NCBI GenBank assembly: GCA_964558415.1
Contig: CAZLDI010000002.1
Span: forward strand, 10,712-74,711
Reading direction: 5' to 3'
DNA length: 64,000 nt
DNA from: an uncultured Dehalococcoidia bacterium
GTDB lineage: Bacteria > Chloroflexota > Dehalococcoidia > SM23-28-2 > RBG-16-64-32
Under the pieces are notes generated by a model that made no database searches, had not been told where the DNA came from, and saw nothing but the letters and a program-made list of their open reading frames with translations. Position numbers and translations under genes: made by a program. Numbering within the stretch: the first letter of the stretch is position 1; each line of letters opens with the position of its first letter. This document shows, piece by piece, positions 48,885-58,575 of this stretch.

Positions 48885-49955
48885 CTACTGTACGATCCCA
48901 ACCAGCTTTACCTCGAAGATCAGAGTCGCGTTCGGCGGCACCTTAGTCCCGAATCCCTCCTCGCCATAGGCCAGAGCGGGCGGGATAATCAGCTTGCGCA
49001 GAGTGCCCACTCTCATGCTGCGTATGCCGTCATCAAAGCCGCGGATCTCGGAATCTGAACCCAGGATGAACTCGTACGGAGCTGCCGTCGGCTTGTCCGG
49101 ATCAACCGTCTGGTCGAAGACTCTTCCATCTTCGAATGTCCCAGTGTAGTGCACCGACACCCTCTGTCCGTCTCGTGGGAATGGTCCGAATCCCGGCTCG
49201 ATGTCGACATACTTCAGCCCGTTGGGCAGAGTGATCTCCTCGCCGGTGCGGACAATCTCCAGTAGTTCAACCTCCATGGTCGTCTGGACGTCCGGTGGTA
49301 TGGCGGGGAGGTGCGGATCGCCGGTAGCGGACTGTGGTGGAATCGTCAGCAGCCGCTTCCCCCCGGCACGCATAGTCGAGACGCCTTCCTGAAGGCTCGG
49401 TAACACCTGCGGCGTGCCAAGCTCGAAGAAGAACGGCTCCTCTGGTACGTCGTACGATTCATCGAACACTGTCCCGTCAAGCAGCGTGCCCCGATAGTGT
49501 AGTACCACGTAGTTCCCTGGGCGGGGTGGGTCTCCGTCACCCTGTTTGATGTCCTGGTAGCTCAGCCCGCTTGCCAGTGTCACGATAGACTGCGGGTCGT
49601 CGTCCAGCAACACCGCCAAGAGGACCACGACCGCGGCCCCCACTGCTACCACGCCGGCGGTGATGAGCCCCAACGGCGCCAGTGGAATGGTCCGCGACGA
49701 CCGAGCCATTGTGGGTTCGTCAGTAGGAACCACGGCTGTGATGTTGTGGGTCAGGTCGTATTCCGCTCGTCGGACGGGGTCATCTAGCAGGTCAAACGCC
49801 TGATCCAGCTCGTGCAGGCGTTCGGGAAACAGAGGCTCCGCGTTCAGATCCGGCTGGTACTCCTGCGCCAGGCGCTCATATGCCGATTCAATTTCAGCGC
49901 GCGGCGCCCCAGGCCTCACGCCCAGCACAGCGTAGTAGTCCATATGGCTGGTCAC
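48885..49955 (-). CDS. J-domain (QPD) - TM - tandem FKBP PPIase fusion
   Basis: DYYAVLGV...EYQPD...RRAEYD; TM; two FKBP domains (HYRGTL..G.VFD; HYTGTF..G.VFD...LAYG...[12 protein letters not shown]). Confidence 0.88.
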   Translation of the reverse strand: MTSHMDYYAVLGVRPGAPRAEIESAYERLAQEYQPDLNAEPLFPERLHELDQAFDLLDDPVRRAEYDLTHNITAVVPTDEPTMARSSRTIPLAPLGLITAGVVAVGAAVVVLLAVLLDDDPQSIVTLASGLSYQDIKQGDGDPPRPGNYVVLHYRGTLLDGTVFDESYDVPEEPFFFELGTPQVLPSLQEGVSTMRAGGKRLLTIPPQSATGDPHLPAIPPDVQTTMEVELLEIVRTGEEITLPNGLKYVDIEPGFGPFPRDGQRVSVHYTGTFEDGRVFDQTVDPDKPTAAPYEFILGSDSEIRGFDDGIRSMRVGTLRKLIIPPALAYGEEGFGTKVPPNATLIFEVKLVGIVQ

Positions 49956-49958
49956 GCC

Positions 49959-50768
49959 TTAACGCACCTCCAGAAGGTCGATATCGAAGATTAACGTGGC
50001 GTTGGGAGGAATTCCCGTGCGTCCTTCTGCCCCATATGCCAGATGCGGAGGAACAATGAGACGCCTCGTCCCCCCGACCTGCATCGTCTGGATGCCTTCG
50101 ACCCAGCCGGCGATCAAGTCTTCCAGGACAAATTCCACAGGTTGGCCTCTGTCGATCGAGCTGTCAAACTTCGTGCCACCGTCCTGCAGCCACCCCGTGT
50201 AGTCCACGCGAACGGTCTGCTCAGGCGTTGGTGATGCTCCGGTACCGATGACGATGTCTATGTATTGAAGCCCGCTCGCGGTCGTTACCGGCTCGGCGGT
50301 AAGTTCGGGAGGTGTTGCTGGTGCCGTCACCGATGGTTCAGGGGGGATTGTCGCGGTTGCCGGAATCGGGGTCATGAGACTTGACACGTTTGCATCTTCG
50401 CCGTCGTCGAACGCCGAGATCGTTATCAGTGCCGCCAACACCGCCAACGTGATAGCCACCGCGCCGCCCGCCAGCGCATAGGGGCTGAAGATGAAGCTAC
50501 TCGCCGCGCCCCAACCCACGGCGCTGCGGGTCGGCGGTCGGTCCGGATTCGGGGATCGGCGTGCAGCATCGTAGGCGGCTCGCCGGTGAGGGTCCCGTAG
50601 CGTCGCGTATGCCTCGTCCAACTGTCGAAGGCCGTGCGGGTCCGCGGGCTCTGCCTCCTCGTCTGGATGGTGCAAACGCGCCAGACGCTCATAGGCGGCC
50701 GCGATCTCCGATTGTGGCGCGCCCGGGCTGACGGCCAGCACGCCGTAGTAGTCGACGTCGTTGCCCAC
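49959..50768 (-). CDS. J-domain (HPD) - TM - FKBP PPIase fusion
   Basis: DYYGVLAV...LHHPD...EAYATL.DP.RRAAYD; TM; Pro/Thr linker; YTGWL..G.KFDSS..RG...GW.EG...LAYG. Confidence 0.9.
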   Translation of the reverse strand: MGNDVDYYGVLAVSPGAPQSEIAAAYERLARLHHPDEEAEPADPHGLRQLDEAYATLRDPHRRAAYDAARRSPNPDRPPTRSAVGWGAASSFIFSPYALAGGAVAITLAVLAALITISAFDDGEDANVSSLMTPIPATATIPPEPSVTAPATPPELTAEPVTTASGLQYIDIVIGTGASPTPEQTVRVDYTGWLQDGGTKFDSSIDRGQPVEFVLEDLIAGWVEGIQTMQVGGTRRLIVPPHLAYGAEGRTGIPPNATLIFDIDLLEVR

Positions 50769-50772
50769 GCCT

Positions 50773-51594
50773 CTACTTTATCTCCAGAAGCTCGATATCG
50801 AAGATGAGCGTGGCGTTTGGTGGGATACTACCGGAACGGCCTTCGGCGCCGTACGCGAGAGCGCCCGGTATGATCAACCTCCGCGTTCCACCTACCTGCA
50901 TCGTCGAGAGCCCCTCAATCCAGCCCTGGATCACCTCACCGAGCACGAACTCAGTCGGCTCGCCTCTGTCGATCGAGCTGTCAAACTTCGTGCCGCCCTC
51001 CTGGAGCCAGCCGGTGTAATTCACTACAACGGTTTGCTCTACCGTTGGTGAAACGCCACCCGTTCCCGGCGTAACGTCGATATACTGCAGCCCGCTGGCT
51101 GTCGTCGTCGGCTCACCCTCTATCTCCGGTGGCGATAGAGGCCCAGAGGGCGGCGGCGTTTGCCCAACCGGTGTCGGAGTGATCGCGGCAACGCTGACCG
51201 TCGGTTGAGCGACCACGGCGCCGCCATCGTCGTCAAGCAGCGATATCAGCACGAGCGCCGCGACAACCGCGATGATGATGCCGACCGCCGCGCCTGCCAG
51301 CGTGTACGGGCTGGCGAGGAAGTCACCGGTCGCCCTGGCCAGCTTACCGCCGCGCGATCGCGGCTCACCGCGTTCTGCGCGCGCCTGCCCGCGATCGTAC
51401 TCTGAGCGCGTCTTAGGATCGCGAAGAGCGTCGTAGGCGGCGGATATCTCTTGCCAGCGCGTCCCCGCCTTCGGTTTCTTGCTCTGCTCGGGGTCGTACA
51501 GCTTCGAAAGTCTCGCGTAGGCCCGCTGGATCGCCTCCTGGCTCGAGCCCCGGTTCACCTGAAGTATCGCGTAGTGGTCTCTGTGCTTCTCCAC
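50773..51594 (-). CDS. J-domain (DPE) - TM - FKBP PPIase fusion
   Basis: DHYAILQV...KLYDPE...[13 protein letters not shown]; TM; intact FKBP ([25 protein letters not shown]); GAGGAG RBS. Confidence 0.9.
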   Translation of the reverse strand: MEKHRDHYAILQVNRGSSQEAIQRAYARLSKLYDPEQSKKPKAGTRWQEISAAYDALRDPKTRSEYDRGQARAERGEPRSRGGKLARATGDFLASPYTLAGAAVGIIIAVVAALVLISLLDDDGGAVVAQPTVSVAAITPTPVGQTPPPSGPLSPPEIEGEPTTTASGLQYIDVTPGTGGVSPTVEQTVVVNYTGWLQEGGTKFDSSIDRGEPTEFVLGEVIQGWIEGLSTMQVGGTRRLIIPGALAYGAEGRSGSIPPNATLIFDIELLEIK

Positions 51595-51731
51595 ACCCTC
51601 TCCTCGCTGACAGTACGAACGTGAACCAATTGTAGCCGAATCAGTGCCGGAACCTCACCCTCTGTGATTTGCGCACTGGCTTATCGCCCGGCCCTTGACC
51701 CCGTGACCATCGACCCCCGACCCTGTACCTC

Positions 51732-53387
51732 GTGCCCGATCTCCCGCCGATCATCCGCGCCCTCCTCCGTCCTTCTGCGTACTCGCACACGGTCAATGAT
51801 GTGAAGCTCGTCCAGACGCATATCTCGTACGTGATCCTGGTGGGTGAGCATGTCTATAAGATCAAAAAGCCACTGAATTTCGGCTTTCTGGACTACTCCA
51901 CGCTGGGCAAACGCCGCCACAACTGCCTTCGGGAGGTAACCCTGAACTCCCGTCTTTGCTCAGACGTCTATCTGGGGGTCGAAGCGATACGCGACGACGG
52001 TGGTCGCATCGCGGTCGGCGGAAGGCGAGGCCGCGTCGTCGAGTACGCCGTGCACATGCGTCGCCTTCCGGAGGAACGCATGATGCACAGGCTTCTGGAG
52101 CGTGGCGAAGTCAGCATCGAGATGGTGGAGCACGTCGCCGACCGGGTCGCCGCGTTCCATGCCGTGACGGAGACCAGCCCGCGTATCGCGGAGTACGGCG
52201 GCTGGGCGATCCGTTACGCCTGGAACGAGAATATCCGCCAGTGGGCGCCGAACATCGGCCGGACCATCAATGTCGGCCAGGACCGGATACTTCGCGCCTA
52301 CGGAGAGGCGTTCTTCGCCCGCTCGCGGGACATCCTTCAGCGTCGAGTCCGGGAGCTGCGAATACGCGACAACCATAGTGACCTCCGTTGCGACGCCGTT
52401 TGCGTGCGGGAGGACGGCAGCGTATGCATCATGGACTGCGTAGAATTCAACCGCCGCATCCGCCTGGTGGACGTTGCCCGTGACGTGGGGTTCCTCGCGA
52501 TGGACCTTGACTATCGCGGGCGCTCGGACCTGGCGGAAGCGTTCGTCGGCGCGTACGTCCGGGCTTCCGGAGACGGCGAGTTGCGCGAGATCATCGACTT
52601 CTACAAGTGCTACAACGCGTGCGTGCGTGGCAAGGTGGACGGCTTCCGGCTATCCCAGCCGGAAGTCCCGGCCGCGGAACGCCGGGCCACCCAGCGCGCC
52701 GCCCGGCGACACTTCGAGCTCGCCTGCCACTACGCGGCTTCGCTTCCCCCGGCGATGCTTGTCATCACCTGTGGGCTGCCTGGGACGGGGAAATCGACCC
52801 TCGCCCGCGCACTCGGTCAGGCATCCGGCTTCGAGGTGCTCTCGTCCGATGTCGTTCGCAAAGAACAGGCGGGTATTAGCCCGAAGGAGCGCCGTCTTGA
52901 GGAGTATCGCGAGGGCATTTATTCTCCGGACGCCACCGAGCGCACGTACGAAGGTTTGCTTGAGGGTGCGCGTCCGCTGCTTCTGGCCGGCCGCAGTGTG
53001 GTCCTGGACGCCTCGTTTATCCGGCGGGAGCACCGGCGAGCTGCCGCTCGCACAGCGAGGAAGACCGGAGCGCAGTTCGCCTGCCTCGAACTTGTGTTGA
53101 GCGACGAGGCTGCACGGAGGCGCCTGGCCCGCCGGCTGCGCCGCGGCGGCGATCCATCAGACGCTCGCTGGGGGATATATGTGGCGCAAAAGCGGCGATT
53201 CCAGAAACCATCAGAAGTCGGATTGGATCGCCGCATTGTCATCGATGCTGCTCGGCCGATCCGGGTGCAGACGCGCACCGCCCTCGCGTCGCTTCGGGCG
53301 TTGTCGCCTATCTCACTGACCGCTCGTCGCGGACGCCAGCGACTTACTGTCCGGTCGAACCGTGTCCGCCCGTGTCGCGCGCCGTGA
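51732..53387 (+). CDS. Bifunctional aminoglycoside-phosphotransferase-like / AAA_33 kinase protein
   Basis: QTHISYV, YKIKKP..FGFLDYSTL, HSDL, DCVEFN; GLPGTGKST, SSDVVRK. Confidence 0.9.
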   Translation: MPDLPPIIRALLRPSAYSHTVNDVKLVQTHISYVILVGEHVYKIKKPLNFGFLDYSTLGKRRHNCLREVTLNSRLCSDVYLGVEAIRDDGGRIAVGGRRGRVVEYAVHMRRLPEERMMHRLLERGEVSIEMVEHVADRVAAFHAVTETSPRIAEYGGWAIRYAWNENIRQWAPNIGRTINVGQDRILRAYGEAFFARSRDILQRRVRELRIRDNHSDLRCDAVCVREDGSVCIMDCVEFNRRIRLVDVARDVGFLAMDLDYRGRSDLAEAFVGAYVRASGDGELREIIDFYKCYNACVRGKVDGFRLSQPEVPAAERRATQRAARRHFELACHYAASLPPAMLVITCGLPGTGKSTLARALGQASGFEVLSSDVVRKEQAGISPKERRLEEYREGIYSPDATERTYEGLLEGARPLLLAGRSVVLDASFIRREHRRAAARTARKTGAQFACLELVLSDEAARRRLARRLRRGGDPSDARWGIYVAQKRRFQKPSEVGLDRRIVIDAARPIRVQTRTALASLRALSPISLTARRGRQRLTVRSNRVRPCRAP

Positions 53388-53775
53388 CGGCCAGCTCATC
53401 CGCCAACTCAAGGCGTACGTCACCTAAGCGGCTCGCCACCAGCTGTGCGATGCGGTCGCCGTTGCGCACGACGTGTGGGTCGCGGTACGGCAAAACGTAC
53501 ATCGTGACCATCAGCTCGCCCCGGTAGTCAGCATCTATCGTCCCCAGCGCGACCATCACGCCCCGCGAGGATAACCCGGAGCGCGGCCGTATCTGCACGT
53601 CCAGTCCGGGCGGGCTCTCAATCGCGATTCCCGCAGGCACTCGGATGGGCTCTTGCCCCACCGCCAGCTCCCCTGCCACGCACGCGTAAAGATCGTAACC
53701 GGTGGCGTCATCCGTGGCCTTTTCCGGAGTGCGCGCCCCTGCCCGTAGTTTCTTGACACGGATGACCTGCGTCAT
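53344..53775 (-). CDS. dut: dUTP diphosphatase
   Basis: GYDL, IRPRSGL, GTIDADYRGE, GDRIAQL, R..GGHGSTG. Confidence 0.93.
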   Translation of the reverse strand: MTQVIRVKKLRAGARTPEKATDDATGYDLYACVAGELAVGQEPIRVPAGIAIESPPGLDVQIRPRSGLSSRGVMVALGTIDADYRGELMVTMYVLPYRDPHVVRNGDRIAQLVASRLGDVRLELADELAVTARDTGGHGSTGQ

Positions 53776-54641
53776 TGGAGGAACCTCAAGATCTCCGCCG
53801 CAACCACCTCCGGCCGCTCCATCGGGCCCGTGTGCCCGGCACCGGGCGTCACAGCGACTCGCGCGCCCGGTATGCGACCGGCCGCGCGCTCGCTTATCAT
53901 CACCATCATGGGGTCTGTATGCTCGCCCCGCATCACCAGCGTCGGGCAGGAGATGGCCGGCAGGGCTTCCCACGCGCCCAGCGATGCGCTCTGCTCGAAG
54001 ATCTGCGCTTCTATCTCGCCGGGGCACTTCAGCTCAATCTCCCCGTCCTCCCTCCGGAACGTCCCCTCTTCGGCGTAGAGGCGGAGAACGTCCGGGCGGA
54101 AGCGCGCGAACGTCGGCCGCTGCTCGTACGCCTCGACCATCTCGGCGGTGCTGGGCCACACAGCCCGCCGTTTTCGCGCCCCAGCGGCCATCCGCGCCCT
54201 GCCGTCCGCCGCTGGCGGGAACTCGCCGGGCGGGCGGATGATCGGCTCGAAAAGCACCAGGCGCGAGACGTACTCGGGATGTGTGGCCGCCAGCACCGCC
54301 GCGGTGGCGCCGCCGGCGGAGTGGCCGACGATCGGCACGCCGCGCAACATCAAGGCATCCAGGAACGCCTTCAGGTCATCCACGAAGTTCTGCCAGTGAT
54401 AGTCCTCCGGTCGCGGCGACGGCTTGTCGCTGTCGCCGTGGCCGCGAGTGTCGTATGCGTGGATGTGATAGCCGCAACCGGCCAGCGTCTCTGCGACGGG
54501 CTGCCAGAGGCGCGCGAGGAAGCCCGTCGCGTGCACGAGCACGATCGGGGGGAATCCTGCGCGCCCGGCTGAGTCCGGTTGCCACGTCAGGCAGTGCAGC
54601 CGGAGGCCGTTAGCCTCGACGAAGCTCGCGCGCGGCTCCAT
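53772..54641 (-). CDS. Alpha/beta hydrolase
   Basis: LVHATGF, DTRGHGDS, GHSAGG, AGH..PME. Confidence 0.9.
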   Translation of the reverse strand: MEPRASFVEANGLRLHCLTWQPDSAGRAGFPPIVLVHATGFLARLWQPVAETLAGCGYHIHAYDTRGHGDSDKPSPRPEDYHWQNFVDDLKAFLDALMLRGVPIVGHSAGGATAAVLAATHPEYVSRLVLFEPIIRPPGEFPPAADGRARMAAGARKRRAVWPSTAEMVEAYEQRPTFARFRPDVLRLYAEEGTFRREDGEIELKCPGEIEAQIFEQSASLGAWEALPAISCPTLVMRGEHTDPMMVMISERAAGRIPGARVAVTPGAGHTGPMERPEVVAAEILRFLQ

Positions 54642-54718
54642 CAGCGTCGTCCGTCGGCGAGGCTTACCTCGCTCATGTAATCCCGATCATCTGCGTATAG
54701 CTGCGCTTGGGCCAGCGC

Positions 54719-55144
54719 TCATCCTCGCGGGTCACTGACTGCCTCAATCCGCGGTATCCGTTCCCGCTCGAACTCCCACATCCGCCCCTCTCCAAGTTCC
54801 TCGACGCGCTCCAGACACGAACGTACCTCGGCCGCCAGGCGTTCCACATCGATGCCGAGCGCGGCCGGCTGGAAGGGCGCGAGCAGCCGGAGCGAGTCTC
54901 CCAGCACCAGCAGTGTACCCTTATGGTTGCCACGCAGCAGGTGGTGGAATCCAGCCGCAGCCTTGATCAACCCCTGGTAGAAGTTGGTGTAGCCACCCTC
55001 GTCGCCCTTCGAGCCCGATTCAAGCCATACTTCCTCCAGGGTCTCGTGGCAGTCGTAAAATCGCCAGGCGTTGAATTCGGCGATACCCTTCGCGAGGTCC
55101 CCGGAAGCGGCGGGGTCGAGGGCGGCCTCTGGTCGGGTCTTCAT
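54719..55144 (-). CDS. DUF309 family protein
   Basis: FN...FYDCHETLEEVW, QGLI..AAG.HH...GN..G. Confidence 0.9.
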   Translation of the reverse strand: MKTRPEAALDPAASGDLAKGIAEFNAWRFYDCHETLEEVWLESGSKGDEGGYTNFYQGLIKAAAGFHHLLRGNHKGTLLVLGDSLRLLAPFQPAALGIDVERLAAEVRSCLERVEELGEGRMWEFERERIPRIEAVSDPRG

Positions 55145-55256
55145 GGGGTCAGGATAGGGTCAGGGCGTCAGAGGGTCAAAGGGTCATCGCCCCGATTGAC
55201 GTTGCCGCTCCTGCTCTTCATCCTAAGTATCACCGAGCAGGCAGAAGGAGAATCCC

Positions 55257-56198
55257 ATGACTATAGCCCACATCCAGGAGCAGGCCGACATCCCACCGCC
55301 TCAAGTGGTGGAGGTGAGCGCGGGCGTATTCGCCTACGTGCAGCTGGACGGGAGCTGGGGGCTGAACAACGCCGGCTTCATCTTCGGGCGGGACGCGGTG
55401 ACCACCATCGATACGTGCTTCACGGAGCGGCGGTCGCGCTGGTTCGCGGAGGCTATATCCGCAGCGGCCGGCTCGAAGCCGGTGCGCACGCTGGTGAACA
55501 CGCACCATCACGGGGACCACACGCACGGCAACTACCTGTTCGCGCCCGGGGCGACGATCATCGCGCACGAACGCTGCCGCGAAGAGGTGATTGCCACCGC
55601 CTTGGGGACAAAGTCGCTATTTCCCGGGGTCGAATGGGGCGAGATCGAGGTCGCACCGCCGTTCGTGACTTTCGAGGAGCGGCTTACGGTGTGGGTCGAT
55701 GACCTGCGCGTCGAGCTGATCTTCGTGGGGCCGGCGCACACGACGAACGACATCGTGGCCTGGATACCCGAACGCAAAGTGTTGTTCGCAGGCGACGTGA
55801 TCTTCAATGGAGGGACGCCGTTTGTCGTGATGGGCTCCGTGACCGGCTCCCTACAGGCGCTGGAGCGAGTGAGGGCGCTTCGGGCGGAGACGATCGTGCC
55901 CGGGCACGGGTCAGTGTGCGGGCCGGAGGTGATTGACGACGTGGCGGACTACCTGCGCTTTGTGCAGGAGACGGCGCGAGGCGGGTTTGAGGCGGGGCTG
56001 GAGCCACTGGCACTGGCGCGCGAGACGGACCTCGGGCGATTCAGCGAGTGGCTTGACAGCGAGCGCTTCGTCGCGAACGTCCACCGCGCCTACAGCGAGG
56101 TGCGGGGCGAGCCACTGGGCACGGTGCTGCCGCTCGCGGCCGTCGTGCCGGATATGGTGGCGTATAACGGGGGGCAGATGCCTCGTTGCCTGGCGTAG
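55257..56198 (+). CDS. Metallo-beta-lactamase-fold hydrolase (cyclase-like)
   Basis: NTHHHGDHTHGN, AHT..D, FAGD, VPGHG; AGGAG RBS. Confidence 0.9.
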   Translation: MTIAHIQEQADIPPPQVVEVSAGVFAYVQLDGSWGLNNAGFIFGRDAVTTIDTCFTERRSRWFAEAISAAAGSKPVRTLVNTHHHGDHTHGNYLFAPGATIIAHERCREEVIATALGTKSLFPGVEWGEIEVAPPFVTFEERLTVWVDDLRVELIFVGPAHTTNDIVAWIPERKVLFAGDVIFNGGTPFVVMGSVTGSLQALERVRALRAETIVPGHGSVCGPEVIDDVADYLRFVQETARGGFEAGLEPLALARETDLGRFSEWLDSERFVANVHRAYSEVRGEPLGTVLPLAAVVPDMVAYNGGQMPRCLA

Positions 56199-56237
56199 GG
56201 ATAGGAGAAGTAGGTCCGAGGCGGCCGGCAGCCGGTC

Positions 56238-56966
56238 CTACGGCGACCGAAGCGTGTAGCGCTCGGCTGTTTCCAGCGCCGGGGTCTCTGCGGAGAGTCG
56301 TGCGCGGATGAGCTGGACTTCACGGACGGCAAGCGTGGGGCCGGGGCCGCGCTCACGAAGGGCGGCTATTTTCTGCTTAAGGTGAGGCAGGCCTTCGCCT
56401 GAGGTGAAACGGGCGATGCTGATGTGAGGAAGGAACAGAGGGCCGTCGAAGGGATAGCGGACAAGTCCGGGGACCGCGTCCAGCAGACGGACGTTTAGCT
56501 CGCGGACGGGGAGGCTGTCCAGAACTTCGAGGCAGACCACTTCGGGAAAGCCGTTGATGCGCCCCAGCCGCACGTCGAAGGCGCGCTGCGTTGCGAAGGT
56601 GTCGCGGGCGGCAGTGGCTATCCGCTGGAGATCACGCTCGTAGATATCTTCATGGCCGCCGGAATTGACTACCAGGAAGCCCAGACCCTTGATCGTGATG
56701 TGCCAGTACGGTTCGGGGTACGGTTCGACGCCCGGGATCGAGGCGATCTGCTCGCTTAGCGTGCGGATGTAGGCGCAAGCGTCCGGATTATCGACGCGGA
56801 CGAGCAACGCCACGTATTCCGTGCGGCCGCGCGTCCATGCCGACTCGAGAGTGTCGCGGACGAGGACGGGGCTCTTGAGGGCCTGGAGGCGGGCCCAGGC
56901 GGCGGCGAACTCGGCGTTTAGGGCGGCCACCCGGCAAAGCGTAGAGCACGCGGCTGGACCCTGCAA
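56238..56966 (-). CDS. 2H phosphoesterase (2'-5' RNA ligase family); start uncertain
   Basis: Two HxT/S motifs: WHITI and PHISI. Confidence 0.8.
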   Translation of the reverse strand: MQGPAACSTLCRVAALNAEFAAAWARLQALKSPVLVRDTLESAWTRGRTEYVALLVRVDNPDACAYIRTLSEQIASIPGVEPYPEPYWHITIKGLGFLVVNSGGHEDIYERDLQRIATAARDTFATQRAFDVRLGRINGFPEVVCLEVLDSLPVRELNVRLLDAVPGLVRYPFDGPLFLPHISIARFTSGEGLPHLKQKIAALRERGPGPTLAVREVQLIRARLSAETPALETAERYTLRSP

Positions 56967-56973
56967 CCTGTGC

Positions 56974-58575
56974 TCAGGGCATACCCCAGCCGGCGCCGCC
57001 GGGGGTTTCCAGCGTCAGGCGGTCGCCGGGACTGACCTTGATCTGGGTCTTGGCCGGGAGCTCGATTGCGTCTGTGAAGGGACGATTGGCAGGGACGAGT
57101 AGATTGCGGCCCAGAGCGCCGGGACCGCCGCCGGCAAGGGGCCAGGGGGCAATTCCACGGCGTTCCGTTAGCAGCGTGATGGTGGCCGGGGCGAGGAACT
57201 CCCATGTGCGGACGATGCCATCTCCGCCGCGGTGTTGGCCGCTGCCGCCGGAGCCGCGACGCACGGCGTACTCGATCAGCCGGAAGGGATAAGTAGTCTC
57301 GAGTGCTTCTGCGGGGGTGTTGAGGGTGTTGGTCATGTGTGTATGGACGGCATCCAGACCGTCGCCCTGCGCGGACGCCCCGGCGCCGCCGCCCACGGTC
57401 TCGTAGTAGGCGAACGGGCGCTCGCTTTCGGAGTCGTAGCCGCCGATGGTAACGTTGTTCATCGTACCGGCACTCGCCGCGGGGATGAGGTCCGGAAGCG
57501 CCTGTGCCAGCGCGCCCAGAACCAAGTCGACGATGCGCTGAGAGGTCTCGACGTTGCCGGCGGCGACGGCGCGGGGCGGTCCCGCGTTTACCACGCTCCG
57601 GTCCGGCAGCGTGAAGCTGACCGGGCGGAAGCAGCCGTCGTTGGCCGGGACCGCCTCACCGCCTTCGATCAGCGCCTCGAGGAGGCAGCGAACGACGTAG
57701 TAGACTGCGGAGCGCGTGACTGCCGCAACGGCGTTGATTGACGAAGGACGCTCAGGCGCCGAGCCGGTGAAGTCACAGTGCATCTCGCCGTGACGGATGG
57801 AGACCCGGGCCCGGATGGGGACCGGCTCCTCGCTGATGCCGTCGTTGTCCAGGAAGTCCTCGAACGCGTAGTCGCCATCCGGCACGCGCAGGAGGGCGGC
57901 GCGCGTCATACGCTCGGCGTAGTCCAGCAATGCGTTCGTCAGCCTGCTGGATCGATGGACGCCGAAACGCGCGACGGTTTCGTGCAGGCGCCCTTCACCG
58001 GTGCGCTGAGCGGCGATCTGGGCGTCGAGATCGCCCCTGCGTTCGTCGGGGGCGCGCATGTTGCGCAGAAGCAGTTCGAACACACCGCGATTCAAGCGCC
58101 CGCGATCGTACAGCTTGATCGGGGGGATCACGATGCCCTCCTGGATCAGCTCCTCGGCGAGGGGCATTGATCCGGGCGACATGCCGCCGACGTCCGCTTG
58201 GTGAGCGCGAGAAGCGACGAAGCCGATAGTCCGGCGGCCCGAGAAAACGGGTGAGACCATGGTGATATCGGGCAGATGGGTGCCGCCGAGGTAGGGGTCG
58301 TTCAAGATTACGATGTCGCCCGGATGAAACGGCGCGAGCGGCATCACGGCCTCGACCGCGGCGGGCATCGACCCGAGGTGGACAGGGATGTGCGCGGCCT
58401 GGGCGACCAGGCGGCCGCGGGCGTCGAAGACCGCGCAGGAGTAGTCGCGACGCTCTTTGATGTTGGGAGAGTGAGCAGTGCGACCAAGAGTCACGCCCAT
58501 CTCCTCGGCGACGGAGGAGAACAACGCCGCGGCGATGGCGAGCTCGGCGGGATCGAAGGATGCTCGTGTCGTCAC
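56974..58575 (-). CDS. Hydantoinase B / 5-oxoprolinase subunit
   Basis: SPNIKERRDYSCA, HIPVHLG, NDPYLGGTHLPD, MTNTLNTP.E, TPGGAGWG. Confidence 0.93.
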   Translation of the reverse strand: MTTRASFDPAELAIAAALFSSVAEEMGVTLGRTAHSPNIKERRDYSCAVFDARGRLVAQAAHIPVHLGSMPAAVEAVMPLAPFHPGDIVILNDPYLGGTHLPDITMVSPVFSGRRTIGFVASRAHQADVGGMSPGSMPLAEELIQEGIVIPPIKLYDRGRLNRGVFELLLRNMRAPDERRGDLDAQIAAQRTGEGRLHETVARFGVHRSSRLTNALLDYAERMTRAALLRVPDGDYAFEDFLDNDGISEEPVPIRARVSIRHGEMHCDFTGSAPERPSSINAVAAVTRSAVYYVVRCLLEALIEGGEAVPANDGCFRPVSFTLPDRSVVNAGPPRAVAAGNVETSQRIVDLVLGALAQALPDLIPAASAGTMNNVTIGGYDSESERPFAYYETVGGGAGASAQGDGLDAVHTHMTNTLNTPAEALETTYPFRLIEYAVRRGSGGSGQHRGGDGIVRTWEFLAPATITLLTERRGIAPWPLAGGGPGALGRNLLVPANRPFTDAIELPAKTQIKVSPGDRLTLETPGGAGWGMP

